A DNA stretch of 64,000 nucleotides, taken from assembly GCA_035542115.1 (NCBI GenBank), contig DATKMC010000028.1:2251-66250 (forward strand), written 5' to 3'. The notes beneath the pieces are model-generated. The model saw only the letters and a list, made by a program, of their open reading frames with translations, searched no databases and had not been told where the DNA came from. Numbering within the stretch: the first letter of the stretch is position 1; the number at the start of each line of letters is the position of its first letter. Made by a program: the position numbers and the translations under genes. This stretch comes from Methanomicrobiales archaeon (GTDB lineage: Archaea; Halobacteriota; Methanomicrobia; Methanomicrobiales; JACTUA01). Below, piece by piece: positions 1-9,950 of the stretch.

Positions 1-480
1 GACGTCGCCCCGAGCTCCTCGGTCGTACCGGCGACGAGCTACTATGCCCTCGTGACCACCGACATCCAGGGGTACGGCACGGTCCTTTTCCGGACCTCGG
101 CGGCGACGGCGACGGACCGGCAGTTCCACATCAGGGCCCAGGACCCCGGGAACCCGGGCGAGGACGTCCAGGTGGTCCGCGGCGTCCCGGCGGCTCCCCC
201 GACCCCCACCCCGACGATGATGGTACCGCTGCCCCTCCCGGCCACCATGGAGACCCCGTTCCTGCCAGCTCCGACCACGACGGTGCCGGTGACCCCTGTT
301 CCAACCACGCCGGTCCCGGCCACGACCCTCCAGCCGGAGGCGGCAACCATCACCCCGGCCGCCGAGGAGACCCCGACGGAGACCGCTCCCACGCAGGGTA
401 TCCCGCTGCCCGGGATCGTCGCCATTGCAGCGGCGGGGATAGGGATCCTCTTCGCGTCTTCCAGGAGGGGGGCGGGGTAG
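1..480 (+). CDS. C-terminal fragment of a secreted/cell-surface protein with Thr/Pro-rich linker and C-terminal membrane anchor (5' end outside window)
   Basis: Frame 1 is open from position 1 to the stop at 480. Thr/Pro-rich linker (PTPTPT...TTTVPVTPVPTTPVPATT) is followed by GIPLPGIVAIAAAGIGILFASSRRGAG, a hydrophobic helix with a basic tail resembling a PGF-CTERM-type archaeosortase signal. Confidence 0.6.
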   Translation, partial: DVAPSSSVVPATSYYALVTTDIQGYGTVLFRTSAATATDRQFHIRAQDPGNPGEDVQVVRGVPAAPPTPTPTMMVPLPLPATMETPFLPAPTTTVPVTPVPTTPVPATTLQPEAATITPAAEETPTETAPTQGIPLPGIVAIAAAGIGILFASSRRGAG

Positions 481-626
481 GGGGCCATTTCCTTCCGGCG
501 ATGGCCTGCATATTTCGTTGATGGGGACCCGGGATTCCATGAGGACGAAACCCGGAGAAGGAACCGTGCACGACACAGGCAAAGTACCCGGGACCCCGCC
601 TCCAGGGCCGGGGAGGTCATGAGGGT

Positions 627-2330
627 ATGGCCCAGATCCGGGCACCGGAATGGATCCCCCGCACCCGCCTCCTCCAGGGGATCCTCCCCATCGATACCGC
701 GGAGGTCCCGGGCGAGATCCTCGCCGGGGTGACCTTTGCGGCCCTCGCAATCCCCGAGGTCATGGGGTACACGAACATCGCGGGGATGCCCGTGGTCACC
801 GGCCTCTATACCATCCTCCTTCCCATGGCGGTCTTCGCCATCTTCGGGTCCTCCCGGCACCTGGTCATCGGCGCCGATTCGGCCACGGCCGCCGTCATCG
901 CGAGCGGCCTCGTGGTCATCGCCGCCCCGCGGTCGGCGCAGTACGTGGCCTATGCGGGGATGATCGCCATCATCGCCGCGGCCTTCCTCCTCCTCGCAGG
1001 CCTCCTGAAGCTCGGGTTCGTCTCTGACTTCCTCTCCCTCCCGGTCATCATGGGGTTCCTCACCGGGGTCGGGATCCAGATCGCCCTCGGGCAGCTCGGG
1101 GGCATGGTCGGGATGGCGTCAACGCCCGGGGGGCCCGTCATGCAGCTGGTCCGGTTCCTGGGAAACCTCCCCTCCGCGAGTCTCCCGACCATTGCCCTTT
1201 CACTCTCGGTCATAGGGGTGATCGCCATCGCAAGGAGGGTGAGCAGCCGGGTTCCCGGGGCACTCATCGCGGTTATCGGTACGATCCTTTTCAGCTGGGC
1301 CTTCGGGTTATCGTCCTACGGGATCGCGGTGCTGGGGACAGTCCCCGGGGGCATCCCCGGGATCGGGCTTCCTGCCGTTCCCCCCTCAGACGTCCCCGGC
1401 CTCATCTACATTGCGGCGGCCTGTTTTGTCATCATCCTCGCCCAGAGCGCCACCACCTCCCGTGCGTATGCCTGGAAGTTCTCCGAAACGGTCGACGAGA
1501 ATATTGACCTCGCCGGCCTCGGCCTCGCGAACATCGCGGCGGGGATCTCGGGGACCTTCGTCGTGAACGGGAGCCCCACGAAGACCGAGATGGTCTACGC
1601 CGCCGGGGGCCGGACGCAGCTCACCCAGCTTGCCGCGGCTGCCGTCGTCCTCGCCGTCCTCCTCCTCATGACCGGCCCCCTTGCCTACCTGCCGGCCGCT
1701 GTCCTCTCGGCGGTCGTCTTCCTCATCGGGCTTCGCCTGGTGGACGTGGAGGGGCTCGCCTCGCTCAGGGTCCGGCGGCCGGTGGAGTTCGCCGTCGCCC
1801 TCGTCACCGCGGCCACGGTGATCCTCATCGGAATCGGGCAGGGCATCGCCATCGCCGTAGCCGCCTCCATCATCGCCCACCTCAGGCACAGCTACCGGCC
1901 GCTCAACTCGCTCCTCGTTCCCTCGCCCGAGGGGGCCATCAGGACAGTTCCCGTCGCCGAAGGGAAACAGGCCCTCGAAGGGCTGCTCATGTACCGGTTC
2001 GGCGCTGACCTCTACTTCGCGAACGAGAGACACTTCATCGACGAAATCATCTCCCTCGCGAAAAGTGCGGACCCGCCGCTCAGGTGGTTCTGTATCTCGG
2101 CCGAGAATATCGGCGATGTGGATTATTCGGGCGCCGAGACCCTGAAGAAGGTCCATGGGGAACTCGGGAGGCGGGGGATCGTCCTCGTCATGAGCGACGT
2201 GGAGAAACCGGTCCTCGCCAGGATCGAACGGGACGGGATCGTGGAGCTCATCGGCAGGGAGTACATCTTCGATACGGCATACGACGTGATCAGGATTTAC
2301 AGGGATCGGGAGGCCCGCCCCGGCACCTGA
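627..2330 (+). CDS. SulP-family anion (sulfate/bicarbonate) permease with C-terminal STAS domain
   Basis: 567-aa ORF with about 10-12 hydrophobic segments and SulP-like N-terminal region (GVTFAALAIPEVMGYTNIAGMP). The C-terminal soluble part (LLMYRFGADLYFANERHF...GDVDYSGAETLKKVHGEL) is typical of STAS. Confidence 0.9.
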   Translation: MAQIRAPEWIPRTRLLQGILPIDTAEVPGEILAGVTFAALAIPEVMGYTNIAGMPVVTGLYTILLPMAVFAIFGSSRHLVIGADSATAAVIASGLVVIAAPRSAQYVAYAGMIAIIAAAFLLLAGLLKLGFVSDFLSLPVIMGFLTGVGIQIALGQLGGMVGMASTPGGPVMQLVRFLGNLPSASLPTIALSLSVIGVIAIARRVSSRVPGALIAVIGTILFSWAFGLSSYGIAVLGTVPGGIPGIGLPAVPPSDVPGLIYIAAACFVIILAQSATTSRAYAWKFSETVDENIDLAGLGLANIAAGISGTFVVNGSPTKTEMVYAAGGRTQLTQLAAAAVVLAVLLLMTGPLAYLPAAVLSAVVFLIGLRLVDVEGLASLRVRRPVEFAVALVTAATVILIGIGQGIAIAVAASIIAHLRHSYRPLNSLLVPSPEGAIRTVPVAEGKQALEGLLMYRFGADLYFANERHFIDEIISLAKSADPPLRWFCISAENIGDVDYSGAETLKKVHGELGRRGIVLVMSDVEKPVLARIERDGIVELIGREYIFDTAYDVIRIYRDREARPGT

Positions 2331-2370
2331 TCAAAACGTATAATCGCCTGCGGAGACAAAGATCCCGGCC

Positions 2371-2949
2371 ATGCAGTCCAGGTTCCTGCCGGCCGCCCTC
2401 CTCCTCATCGGGGTGCTGGCCATTATCGCAGGCTGCAGCGAAGCACCGCAGGAGGCAGCGTCCATGACGACACCCACCACCGCAACCCAGGCCACCCTCG
2501 TAAAGCTCGAGACCACCATGGGGAACATAACCCTCGAGCTCCGGGCAGACATGCCGGTTACCGCAGGGAACTTCGAGAAGCTCGTGAAGCAGGGGTACTA
2601 CGACGGGGTCATCTTCCACCGGGTCATCGACGGCTTCATGATCCAGGGCGGGGACCCGACGGGCACCGGCCGGGGCGGCCCGGGCTATACCATCAGGGAT
2701 GAGTTCACGAGGAACAACCGGAACCTCCGGGGCACCATTTCCATGGCAAACGCCGGCCCGAACACGGGGGGCAGCCAGTTCTTCATCAACCTCGTGGACA
2801 ACAGCTTCCTTGATACCAAGCACCCGGTCTTCGGGAAGGTCGTCGAGGGCATGGACGTGGTGGACAGGATCGGCAAGGTGAGTACTGACCCCGGTGACCG
2901 GCCCATCACCCAGGTGAAGATCCTGAAGGCGACCGTGATTAGCGGGTGA
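2371..2949 (+). CDS. Cyclophilin-type peptidyl-prolyl cis-trans isomerase, probable lipoprotein
   Basis: Cyclophilin motifs [15 protein letters not shown] and [20 protein letters not shown]-terminal signal with a lipobox-like LAIIAGC. Confidence 0.9.
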   Translation: MQSRFLPAALLLIGVLAIIAGCSEAPQEAASMTTPTTATQATLVKLETTMGNITLELRADMPVTAGNFEKLVKQGYYDGVIFHRVIDGFMIQGGDPTGTGRGGPGYTIRDEFTRNNRNLRGTISMANAGPNTGGSQFFINLVDNSFLDTKHPVFGKVVEGMDVVDRIGKVSTDPGDRPITQVKILKATVISG

Positions 2950-2950
2950 G

Positions 2951-2985
2951 TTTTCCGCGAGAATCTCCTTTTCCCGTATTTTTCT
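2951..2985 (+). terminator. Oligo-T tract downstream of the PPIase gene
   Basis: T runs at 2951-2954, 2969-2972 and 2979-2983, immediately after the stop at 2949 in a convergent gap. Confidence 0.45.
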
Positions 2986-3093
2986 GATTCCTCAATATAC
3001 CCGGCTGACAGCTGGAAAGGCCCATAACCTTCAGGGGGGTACCGGAACGGCGGGGGGCGGATCCCCCGGGGTTGTACGGCGAAGAATAGGTCC

Positions 3094-4131
3094 CTACAGC
3101 CCCGGCTTTCCCCTGAGGGCCTCGAGGAGGAGCTTCGCTGACCACTCCATGTCCCGGGTGTCGAGGACCTCGACGGGGGAGTGGATGTACCGCACCGGTA
3201 CCGAGATGACGGTGGAGGGAATTCCGCCCCTCGTAAGGTGGATAGCCGAGGCATCGGTGGTCCCACCATGGCCGACTTCGAGCTGGTACGGGATCTTCTT
3301 CTTTTCCGCGGTCCTCCGGAGCCATTCCACCATCCTCCGGTTGGCGATGAGGCCCCTGCCGCTCGCGTCCGAGACGGTGATGGCCGGGCCCTTCCCCATC
3401 TCGAGGCAGGAGTCCTCCTTCTTGATCTCGGGGTGGTCGCCGGGGAAGGTGACGTCGAGGGCGATGGCGCAGGAGGGGTCGAGGGCAAAGGAGCTCGTCC
3501 GCGCCCCCTTTCCCCCTACCTCTTCCTGGGCAGTGAAGACACCATAGACGGTGTGGGGGGACTTCAGCTCATGGAGCACCTTCACGAGGACAGCACAGCC
3601 GGCCCGGTTGTCGAAGGCCTTCCCCGTCACCCGGGTCCCGGCGAGGGTGGCGAATTCACGGTCGATGGTCGCGGGGGTGCCGATCTCGATCCCCAACTTT
3701 GCCACCTCCTTCACCGACGAGGCCCCCACGTCTATGAACATGAGGTCGGTCTTCACCCCCTTCTTCCGCTCGTCCTCGTCCATGGCATGGGGCGGCCTGC
3801 CGCCCACGACGCCATAACAGGGCCCCTTCGCCCCGTGGAGGACGACCCGCTGGTTGTAGAGGGTGGGGGCGTACCATCCGCCGAAGGTGACGAACCGGAG
3901 GAAGCCCCTTTCGTCGATGTAGTTCACCATGAGGCCGATCTCATCGAGGTGGGAGGCGACCATGACCCTGAAGTTCCCGCCCTCCTTTACGGCGATGAGG
4001 TTCCCGAGGGCGTCCTCCCGGAGCTCGTCCACGGACCCGTCGAGCTCCTCCCGGATGACCGAGAAGACGCTCCCTTCGCTCCCCGAAACGCCGTGGGCGT
4101 TGGAGAGCCTCTCCAGGATCTCACGCACCAT
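3094..4131 (-). CDS. M42-family metallopeptidase (TET aminopeptidase / FrvX-like)
   Basis: 345 aa. N-terminus MVREILERLSNAHGVSGSEG and internal HLDEIG, FDNRAGC, AQEEVG and GGGTDAS-like segments are characteristic of M42 peptidases. Its start codon abuts the stop of the upstream aminotransferase (4131/4132). Confidence 0.85.
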   Translation of the reverse strand: MVREILERLSNAHGVSGSEGSVFSVIREELDGSVDELREDALGNLIAVKEGGNFRVMVASHLDEIGLMVNYIDERGFLRFVTFGGWYAPTLYNQRVVLHGAKGPCYGVVGGRPPHAMDEDERKKGVKTDLMFIDVGASSVKEVAKLGIEIGTPATIDREFATLAGTRVTGKAFDNRAGCAVLVKVLHELKSPHTVYGVFTAQEEVGGKGARTSSFALDPSCAIALDVTFPGDHPEIKKEDSCLEMGKGPAITVSDASGRGLIANRRMVEWLRRTAEKKKIPYQLEVGHGGTTDASAIHLTRGGIPSTVISVPVRYIHSPVEVLDTRDMEWSAKLLLEALRGKPGL

Positions 4132-5232
4132 CTACTCACCCACGGCGGCGGCGATCCTCTCCACGGCCTCCCGGATGTTCTCCCGGGAGGTGGCATAGGA
4201 CATCCGGGCGTACTCCCTCGCGTTCTTCCCGAAGGAGTCGCCGGGGACGATGATGACGCCCTTCTTCAGGATCCGGTCGAAGAGCTCCTTCCCCATGGGC
4301 ACGAAGGCATAGAAGGCCCCCTCGGGGAGGGGGAACCGGAACCCGAGCCGGTTGAGCCCCTCGTAGAGGAGATCCCGCCGGGCCTTGTACTCCCGGCGCA
4401 TCACGGGCACCGACGACTGGTCCCCCATGTAGGCGGCAACGGCCGCGTACTGGGCAATGGAGGTGGCGCAGGCCTGGCAGTACTGGTGGACCTTGATGCA
4501 CTGGCCGATGACGTCCTCGTCGGCGGCGAGGTACCCGATGCGCCAGCCGGTCATGGCATAGGTCTTTGACACCGCGTTCACGGTGATGACATTGTCCCCG
4601 TAACAGGCGGCGCTCACGTGAGGCTTCCCGTAGGTGAAGTGCTCGTACACCTCGTCGGAGATGACCGTCACCCCGTGGTCCTCCGCCGACTCCACGAGGG
4701 CACAGATGGACTCCGGGCTCTCCACGGCCCCCGTCGGGTTTGCCGGGCTGTTCAGGAAGAGGACCCGTGCCCCCTCCATGCGCTCCAAGGCCGCGTCAAC
4801 GTCGATGTGGAGGGCCGAGGTGAGGGGGAGCCCCTCGACCTTCCCTCCCGCGAAGGTGGCGAGGGCGGCGTAGGAGACGAACCCCGGGTCTGGCACGAGG
4901 ACCCGGTCACCGGGATTCAGGAGGGCCTGGCAGGCGATGTGGATGGCCTCGCTCGCCCCCGCCGTGACGATGACCTGCCCGGGCCCGTACGAGAGGGCAT
5001 TTTCCCGCCGGAGCTTGTCGCAGACGGCGGCCCGGAGCTCGGGGATCCCGGCGTTTATCGTGTAGCCGGTCTTCCCCTCCCGGATGGCCTTCACGGCGGC
5101 GTCCTTGATGTGCTGGGGGGTGTCGAAGTCCGGCTGCCCGAGGCCGAAGTTGATGGACCCGGGGCCCGCCGCCTCGAAGATCCGCCGTATGCCCGAGATC
5201 TCGATACCTTCCACCTTCTCGGAAAACCTCAT
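4132..5232 (-). CDS. Class I/II PLP-dependent aminotransferase (aspartate aminotransferase-like)
   Basis: 366 aa. PLP-lysine motif region SKTYAMTGWRIGY and NPSNPTG-like LNSPANPTG. Confidence 0.85.
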   Translation of the reverse strand: MRFSEKVEGIEISGIRRIFEAAGPGSINFGLGQPDFDTPQHIKDAAVKAIREGKTGYTINAGIPELRAAVCDKLRRENALSYGPGQVIVTAGASEAIHIACQALLNPGDRVLVPDPGFVSYAALATFAGGKVEGLPLTSALHIDVDAALERMEGARVLFLNSPANPTGAVESPESICALVESAEDHGVTVISDEVYEHFTYGKPHVSAACYGDNVITVNAVSKTYAMTGWRIGYLAADEDVIGQCIKVHQYCQACATSIAQYAAVAAYMGDQSSVPVMRREYKARRDLLYEGLNRLGFRFPLPEGAFYAFVPMGKELFDRILKKGVIIVPGDSFGKNAREYARMSYATSRENIREAVERIAAAVGE

Positions 5233-5254
5233 CCTTTCATCCCCTCCCCTTCCT

Positions 5255-5854
5255 TCACTCGATGTTCACGTGCCTGCCCTTCAGGGTCTCGACGTTGATC
5301 CCCTTGATCTCCATGAGCCGGGAGATGACCGCGTCGGCGAATATCACCGAGACCGTCTCGAAAAGGGTGCCGAGGGGGGCGAAGGACTTGTGCCTCCCCA
5401 GCATCTGCCGGATCTCGAACTCAGTTTCCCCATTCCCTGTGGTCTCCACCCGGGTCTCGATGACCACCCTGCAATCGGCGATCCGGGCGATACGGGAATC
5501 CTTCTTTGCCGTGATGAGGCAGACCTTCACCCCGATGGCCTTCGCCGACTCCGCGATATCGGCGATAAACCTCGTCTCCCCCGACCCCGAGAAGACGACC
5601 ACGAGGTCGCCCCTGTCGAGGGCCGGGGTCACGGTCTCCCCGACCACGTAGGAGGTGAGGCCGAGGTGCATCAGGCGCATGGCAAAGGCCCTGGCAACGA
5701 GCCCCGACCTCCCGGCCCCCATGACGTACACCCGCTTCGCGTTCAGGATCTCCCGGAGGAGGCCCTCCACCTCGTCGTCAGAGATGCCGTTGGCCATGCT
5801 CCTCACCTCCGAGGCCATGAGCCGCATCATGTCCTGGACCGGGTGCTCTTCCAT
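5255..5854 (-). CDS. hxlB: 6-phospho-3-hexuloisomerase (SIS domain), stand-alone
   Basis: 199 aa. SIS motifs VYVMGAGRSGLVARAFAMRLMHLG and VVVFSGSGET. Length and layout are typical of PHI. Confidence 0.8.
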   Translation of the reverse strand: MEEHPVQDMMRLMASEVRSMANGISDDEVEGLLREILNAKRVYVMGAGRSGLVARAFAMRLMHLGLTSYVVGETVTPALDRGDLVVVFSGSGETRFIADIAESAKAIGVKVCLITAKKDSRIARIADCRVVIETRVETTGNGETEFEIRQMLGRHKSFAPLGTLFETVSVIFADAVISRLMEIKGINVETLKGRHVNIE

Positions 5855-5959
5855 GCTTCTTCTCTTGATAGCGTACCACTTCGGACTACTTGAGTTTATT
5901 CATAAAGGCAGCTGGGCGCCGGCGTGCAGGGGGACCCGGAACGGCTCTGCGGGGGCAGG

Positions 5960-6646
5960 TCACCCGTCCCGGGTGCCATCGCCGGAGCGCACCCGGCGGT
6001 CCTCCTGGATGACGACGTAGAGGATCTCGAGGGAGATGATGACCATCCCCGCGATGATGAGGTTCTGGGTCCCCCGGACGGCCCCCCCGAGGATGAGCCC
6101 GAGGCCGAGGAGGTAGACGAGGCAGGGGAAGGCCCTCTGGAACCCCCCGAGGGCCCGGTCCGCGAACCGGGAGGTCGCCGTGGAGACTCCTGCCGAGGAG
6201 AAGACGGCGGTGATGAAGAGGACCACGACCCCGGCCTCCTGGTGAAGGGTGGGGGCAGGGACCCCGGCCGGGGTCACCGTCAGGTAGACGAGGATGGTCA
6301 CCACCGAGAATATGGCATGCACCACCCGGAAGAGGGTGGTCGAGCCCGAAGGCCTCCCGTACCTTTCGAGGACCCGGACGAAGGGGTCGTCCTTTACGAG
6401 GGGTCCGTCCGCATCCTGCCGGAAGATGGCGATGGTGAGGACGAGGAAGAGGGCGAAGACGGCGAGGGAGTCGAGGTCAAGGAGGGTGAAGGTCTCCGCC
6501 CCCTGGGCGTAGAGGGGCAGGGACCCGTCGGGGAGGTACCGGGTGGAGAGGAGGAGGACCCCGAAGATCCCCTGGAGGGCGATGATATGGGAGAACCTCT
6601 TCATGTACTCCGAGAAGCTGGAGGGACCAGGGGATGCCGCTGCCAT
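5960..6646 (-). CDS. Hypothetical multi-pass membrane protein
   Basis: 228-aa ORF with about 6 hydrophobic helices and high GC3. An AT-rich promoter-like tract lies immediately upstream (6650-6790). No family recognised. Confidence 0.5.
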   Translation of the reverse strand: MAAASPGPSSFSEYMKRFSHIIALQGIFGVLLLSTRYLPDGSLPLYAQGAETFTLLDLDSLAVFALFLVLTIAIFRQDADGPLVKDDPFVRVLERYGRPSGSTTLFRVVHAIFSVVTILVYLTVTPAGVPAPTLHQEAGVVVLFITAVFSSAGVSTATSRFADRALGGFQRAFPCLVYLLGLGLILGGAVRGTQNLIIAGMVIISLEILYVVIQEDRRVRSGDGTRDG

Positions 6647-6930
6647 CTCAGACCACCGGGGGATCGCCCTCCGGAACCTGTGCTCGTCAGCTATATTATT
6701 ATTTCATTCATTTAAATTTTAGTAAACTTATAAATTTAATAAAATAACGACAATATGCCGCCCTATCAGAAAGAAAACATAATAATCAGGAAGAGAAAAT
6801 AACCCAATCTCCTGAACAATCCCGGGTCCGGGCGTGGAAAATCAACGGGAGCTCCTTTCCGGAAATGCCCCGCCCGCCCCGGGCTGGCCCCCTCCCTCCG
6901 GAGGCCTGCTGGTTCCCGAACCCGGGGTGC

Positions 6931-8895
6931 TCACCGCCCGGTCGGCGGGGCGCGGAGGTCGGGAGTGCCAAGGGGGGTCCCGTGCGGGATCGGCGCCCCG
7001 GTTACCCCTCCGATCCGATAGTTCCCGGGGGGGGCGGTGATCTCGAACCGGGCCCCCTTCCCCAACTCCCCGACCTCCCGGATGGTGAGGCCGGTGATGC
7101 CGAGGATCTCCCTGACGAGGAAGAGGCCGAGGCCCGGGTACTCCCCGTACCCCCTCCCGAAGATCCCCTCCTTGTCCTCGGCGGGTATCCCCCTCCCGTC
7201 GTCCTCGCAGAAGAGGACGAGGCCGGCAGGGCCCTCGTCGTACCCGAGCTGGATCCGGGTCACCCGCTCGCCGTGGAGGACGGCATTCTCGATGAGGTTC
7301 ACAAAGGCCCTCTCGAGAAGGGGGTCGGCATAGACCTCGATCCCCCGGAGGTCGTGGATCACGGGGATCCCGCGGCTGTCCACCTCCCGGACGACCCGGC
7401 CGAGGATCTCGTTGAGGTCCTGCCAGGCGGGGGCCGCCATCCCGATCTTCTGGTAGAACCTGGTGAACTCGATGAGGTCATGGATACGGCGGGTGATGGC
7501 ATGCTCCTTCTCCAGATAGCCAAGGATGAGGGGGTCGGCCGTGGTCTCCATGGCGAGGTCCTGGTACGCCGAGAGGGCGGTGAGGAGGTTCTTCAGGTCA
7601 TGCCGGGTGATGACCGAGAGGAGCTGGAGCTTCGCGTTCGCCTGCACGAGGGCCGTTTCGCCGGCCTTCCGGTCGGTGATGTCCCGGAAAATGCCAACAA
7701 CCTGGGACCCGAGGAGGGGGAGGAACCTCCCCTCGAAGGACCGCCGGGTGCCCTCGACCTCCTGGGGGAACTCGATGACCTGCATCTTCCCGCTCCCGTG
7801 GACCTCCCGGATGGTTTCCTCCACGAGGGCGCCCTCAGCGGGGGCGAGGAGGTCCCGCACCCGCGAGGTGAGGAGCCGGTCATAGGCCTGGAACGGCGGG
7901 AAGGGGTCCCGGGCCCGGAGCTCGAGGATGGCCCCCCCGGGGTCAAACCTGAGGTAGGCATCGGGGAACGCCTGGAAGAGGGCCTCGAGCTGGGCCTGGG
8001 CCTCCTCGACCTCGCAGGCCTGCTCCCGCAGGTTTGCCTCCGCCTCCACCTGGTCGGTGATGTCCTCGAGGGTCTCGAGGGCCCCGATGACGGCCCCCGC
8101 CCGGTCCCGGATTGTCACGGCGGTGAAGTGGAGCCACTTCCCCCGGCCCCCCAGGTCGGGGAAGAAGTCCTTCACCTCGTAGGCCCCCTCGATGTACGGA
8201 GACCGGGCGGCCTTGTCGCCGTACCAGCGGGCGATCTCCCCGGGGTTCCCGTCGACGAGGAGGTCGCAGAGGCAGGGCCGCTCGGTGGTATAGAAGGCCC
8301 TCCAGCAGTGGTTCGTCCCCATCACCTCGATAGCGGGGATGCCGGTCTGCTCCTCCAGGGCGCGGTTCCAGTGGACGACCCGGTGCTCCCGGTCGATGAC
8401 GAACTGGGGGATGGGGGAGCTCTGGATCATGGCATGAAGCTCCTGCTCGCTCTCCCGGAGGGCCTCCTCGGCCCGGCGCTTCCGGGCAGCCTGCCGGATC
8501 ATGTTCCCGAGCTCGGCGAACTGGGACTTGGGATCCCCTCCTTTCTGGAGGTAGAAGTCGGCGCCGGAGTTGAGGGCCTCGATGGCCACCGCCTCCCTTC
8601 CCTTCCCGGTGAAGATGATGAAGGGGATGGTGCACCCCGAGGTTCGGAGCTCCTTGAGGAACTCGATGCCGTCCATCCCGGGCATCAGGTAGTCGGCGAC
8701 GATGACGTCGTACGGGTTCTCGCCGAGCTTCGCGAGGCCGATCTTTGCCGAGGGGGCCGTGTCGATGGCGAGATCCCCTTCCCGGCCGAGGAAGAGGGTG
8801 GTGAGCTCGAGGAGCGCGGGCTCGTCGTCGACGTAGAGGACGGTGATCTTCGGGCCTGGAGCCGCAGGCCCCCCATACCGGAGCACTTCTGACAT
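6931..8895 (-). CDS. Hybrid sensor: response-regulator receiver + PAS domains + histidine kinase
   Basis: N-terminal REC (ILYVDDEP...VIVADYLMPGMDGIEFL...IIFTGKG). Central PAS-like repeats. H-box ITRHDLKNLLT and HATPase motifs (NLIENAVLHG, DDGRGIP, GLGLFLVREI). Confidence 0.85.
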   Translation of the reverse strand: MSEVLRYGGPAAPGPKITVLYVDDEPALLELTTLFLGREGDLAIDTAPSAKIGLAKLGENPYDVIVADYLMPGMDGIEFLKELRTSGCTIPFIIFTGKGREAVAIEALNSGADFYLQKGGDPKSQFAELGNMIRQAARKRRAEEALRESEQELHAMIQSSPIPQFVIDREHRVVHWNRALEEQTGIPAIEVMGTNHCWRAFYTTERPCLCDLLVDGNPGEIARWYGDKAARSPYIEGAYEVKDFFPDLGGRGKWLHFTAVTIRDRAGAVIGALETLEDITDQVEAEANLREQACEVEEAQAQLEALFQAFPDAYLRFDPGGAILELRARDPFPPFQAYDRLLTSRVRDLLAPAEGALVEETIREVHGSGKMQVIEFPQEVEGTRRSFEGRFLPLLGSQVVGIFRDITDRKAGETALVQANAKLQLLSVITRHDLKNLLTALSAYQDLAMETTADPLILGYLEKEHAITRRIHDLIEFTRFYQKIGMAAPAWQDLNEILGRVVREVDSRGIPVIHDLRGIEVYADPLLERAFVNLIENAVLHGERVTRIQLGYDEGPAGLVLFCEDDGRGIPAEDKEGIFGRGYGEYPGLGLFLVREILGITGLTIREVGELGKGARFEITAPPGNYRIGGVTGAPIPHGTPLGTPDLRAPPTGR

Positions 8896-9119
8896 AGGGA
8901 GTCAAGGGAAAAAGGCTGACCTTTCCCCTGCAGGTCGTGATTTGGCAAGGGATTATTTTATGCGAAAATATATATATTTGTTGATAAAATCAGGTTCAAA
9001 AAATAAAATTTCCCTGATAATCCCCTTGGGCCGGTGCACCGAATGCCCCGGGTACAGGGGAACCGGTCCCATCTACAGGCTCAAATAGTGTGGCGCCTAA
9101 GGGTACTGTGGAGAGCTCC

Positions 9120-9950
9120 ATGGCAGGAAGGAAGAGCCCCCTGAAGCCCTACTTCGCCGAAGACGGCTTTTCCCTGTACCGGGCCGATTCCGTGGAGTTC
9201 CTCGACACCCTTCCCGACGATTCCGTGGACCTGATCTTCGCAGACCCCCCGTACCGGCTCTCGAACGGGGGCTTCACCTGCCATGCCGGGCGGCGGGCGC
9301 CGGTGCACAAGGGAGCATGGGACGAGAGCCGGGGGACCGAGGAGGACTTCGCCGGCCACCTCGCCTGGATCCGGGCCTGCCGTCGGGTCCTCGCCCCCTC
9401 CGGCTCCCTCTGGATCAGCGGCACGTACCATTCCATCTATGCCTGCGGCTATGCCCTCCAGGTCGCCGGCTGCCACCTTCTGAACGACATCTGCTGGTTC
9501 AAGCCGAACGCCCCCCCGAACCTCTCGGGGAGGTACTTCACGGCAAGCCACGAGACCCTCCTCTGGGCCTCGAAGGGACCAGACTGCCGGCACACCTTCA
9601 ACTACGAGCTCATGAAAAACGGCATCTGGGGTGGGGATACCCTCAAGCGGCCCCACCGGCAGATGCGGTCGGTCTGGTCGGTGCCGGCCCCGAGGCCGGG
9701 GGAGAAGCGCTTCGGGCGTCACCCGACGCAGAAGCCCCTCGACCTCCTCGTCCGGATCATCCTTGCGAGCTCGAGAGAGGGGGACCTCGTTCTCGACCCC
9801 TTCACGGGGAGCTCCACCACCGGCCTCGCCTGCTGCCTCACGGGGCGCCGGTTCATCGGCATCGACAGGGAGAAGAAGTACCTGGACCTGTCGGTGAAGC
9901 GGTACCTCGCTTTCAGAAACGGGGCTGCCCGAGGAGGGGAGGGGAAATGA
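9120..9950 (+). CDS. Beta-class N6-adenine/N4-cytosine DNA methyltransferase with no adjacent restriction gene
   Basis: Catalytic motif IV FADPPY comes before SAM motif I LDPFTGSSTTG (beta permutation), plus HPTQKP. ATG at 9120 has GGAG 8 nt upstream; an alternative GTG lies at 9090. Confidence 0.85.
   Translation: MAGRKSPLKPYFAEDGFSLYRADSVEFLDTLPDDSVDLIFADPPYRLSNGGFTCHAGRRAPVHKGAWDESRGTEEDFAGHLAWIRACRRVLAPSGSLWISGTYHSIYACGYALQVAGCHLLNDICWFKPNAPPNLSGRYFTASHETLLWASKGPDCRHTFNYELMKNGIWGGDTLKRPHRQMRSVWSVPAPRPGEKRFGRHPTQKPLDLLVRIILASSREGDLVLDPFTGSSTTGLACCLTGRRFIGIDREKKYLDLSVKRYLAFRNGAARGGEGK

Noticed and set aside
6865-8892. Very long ORFs antisense to, or out of frame with, recognised genes. Examples: 6865-8892 (+), 42316-44295 (+), 19576-21258 (-), 26646-28502 (-), 50079-51986 (-), 9719-10990 (-) and 3181-4569 (+).
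   Set aside because: Their translations are Arg/Gly/Pro/Asp/Glu/His-rich low-complexity strings, typical of stop-codon-poor alternative frames in ~66% GC DNA. Each overlaps a gene with clear family motifs on the other strand or frame.
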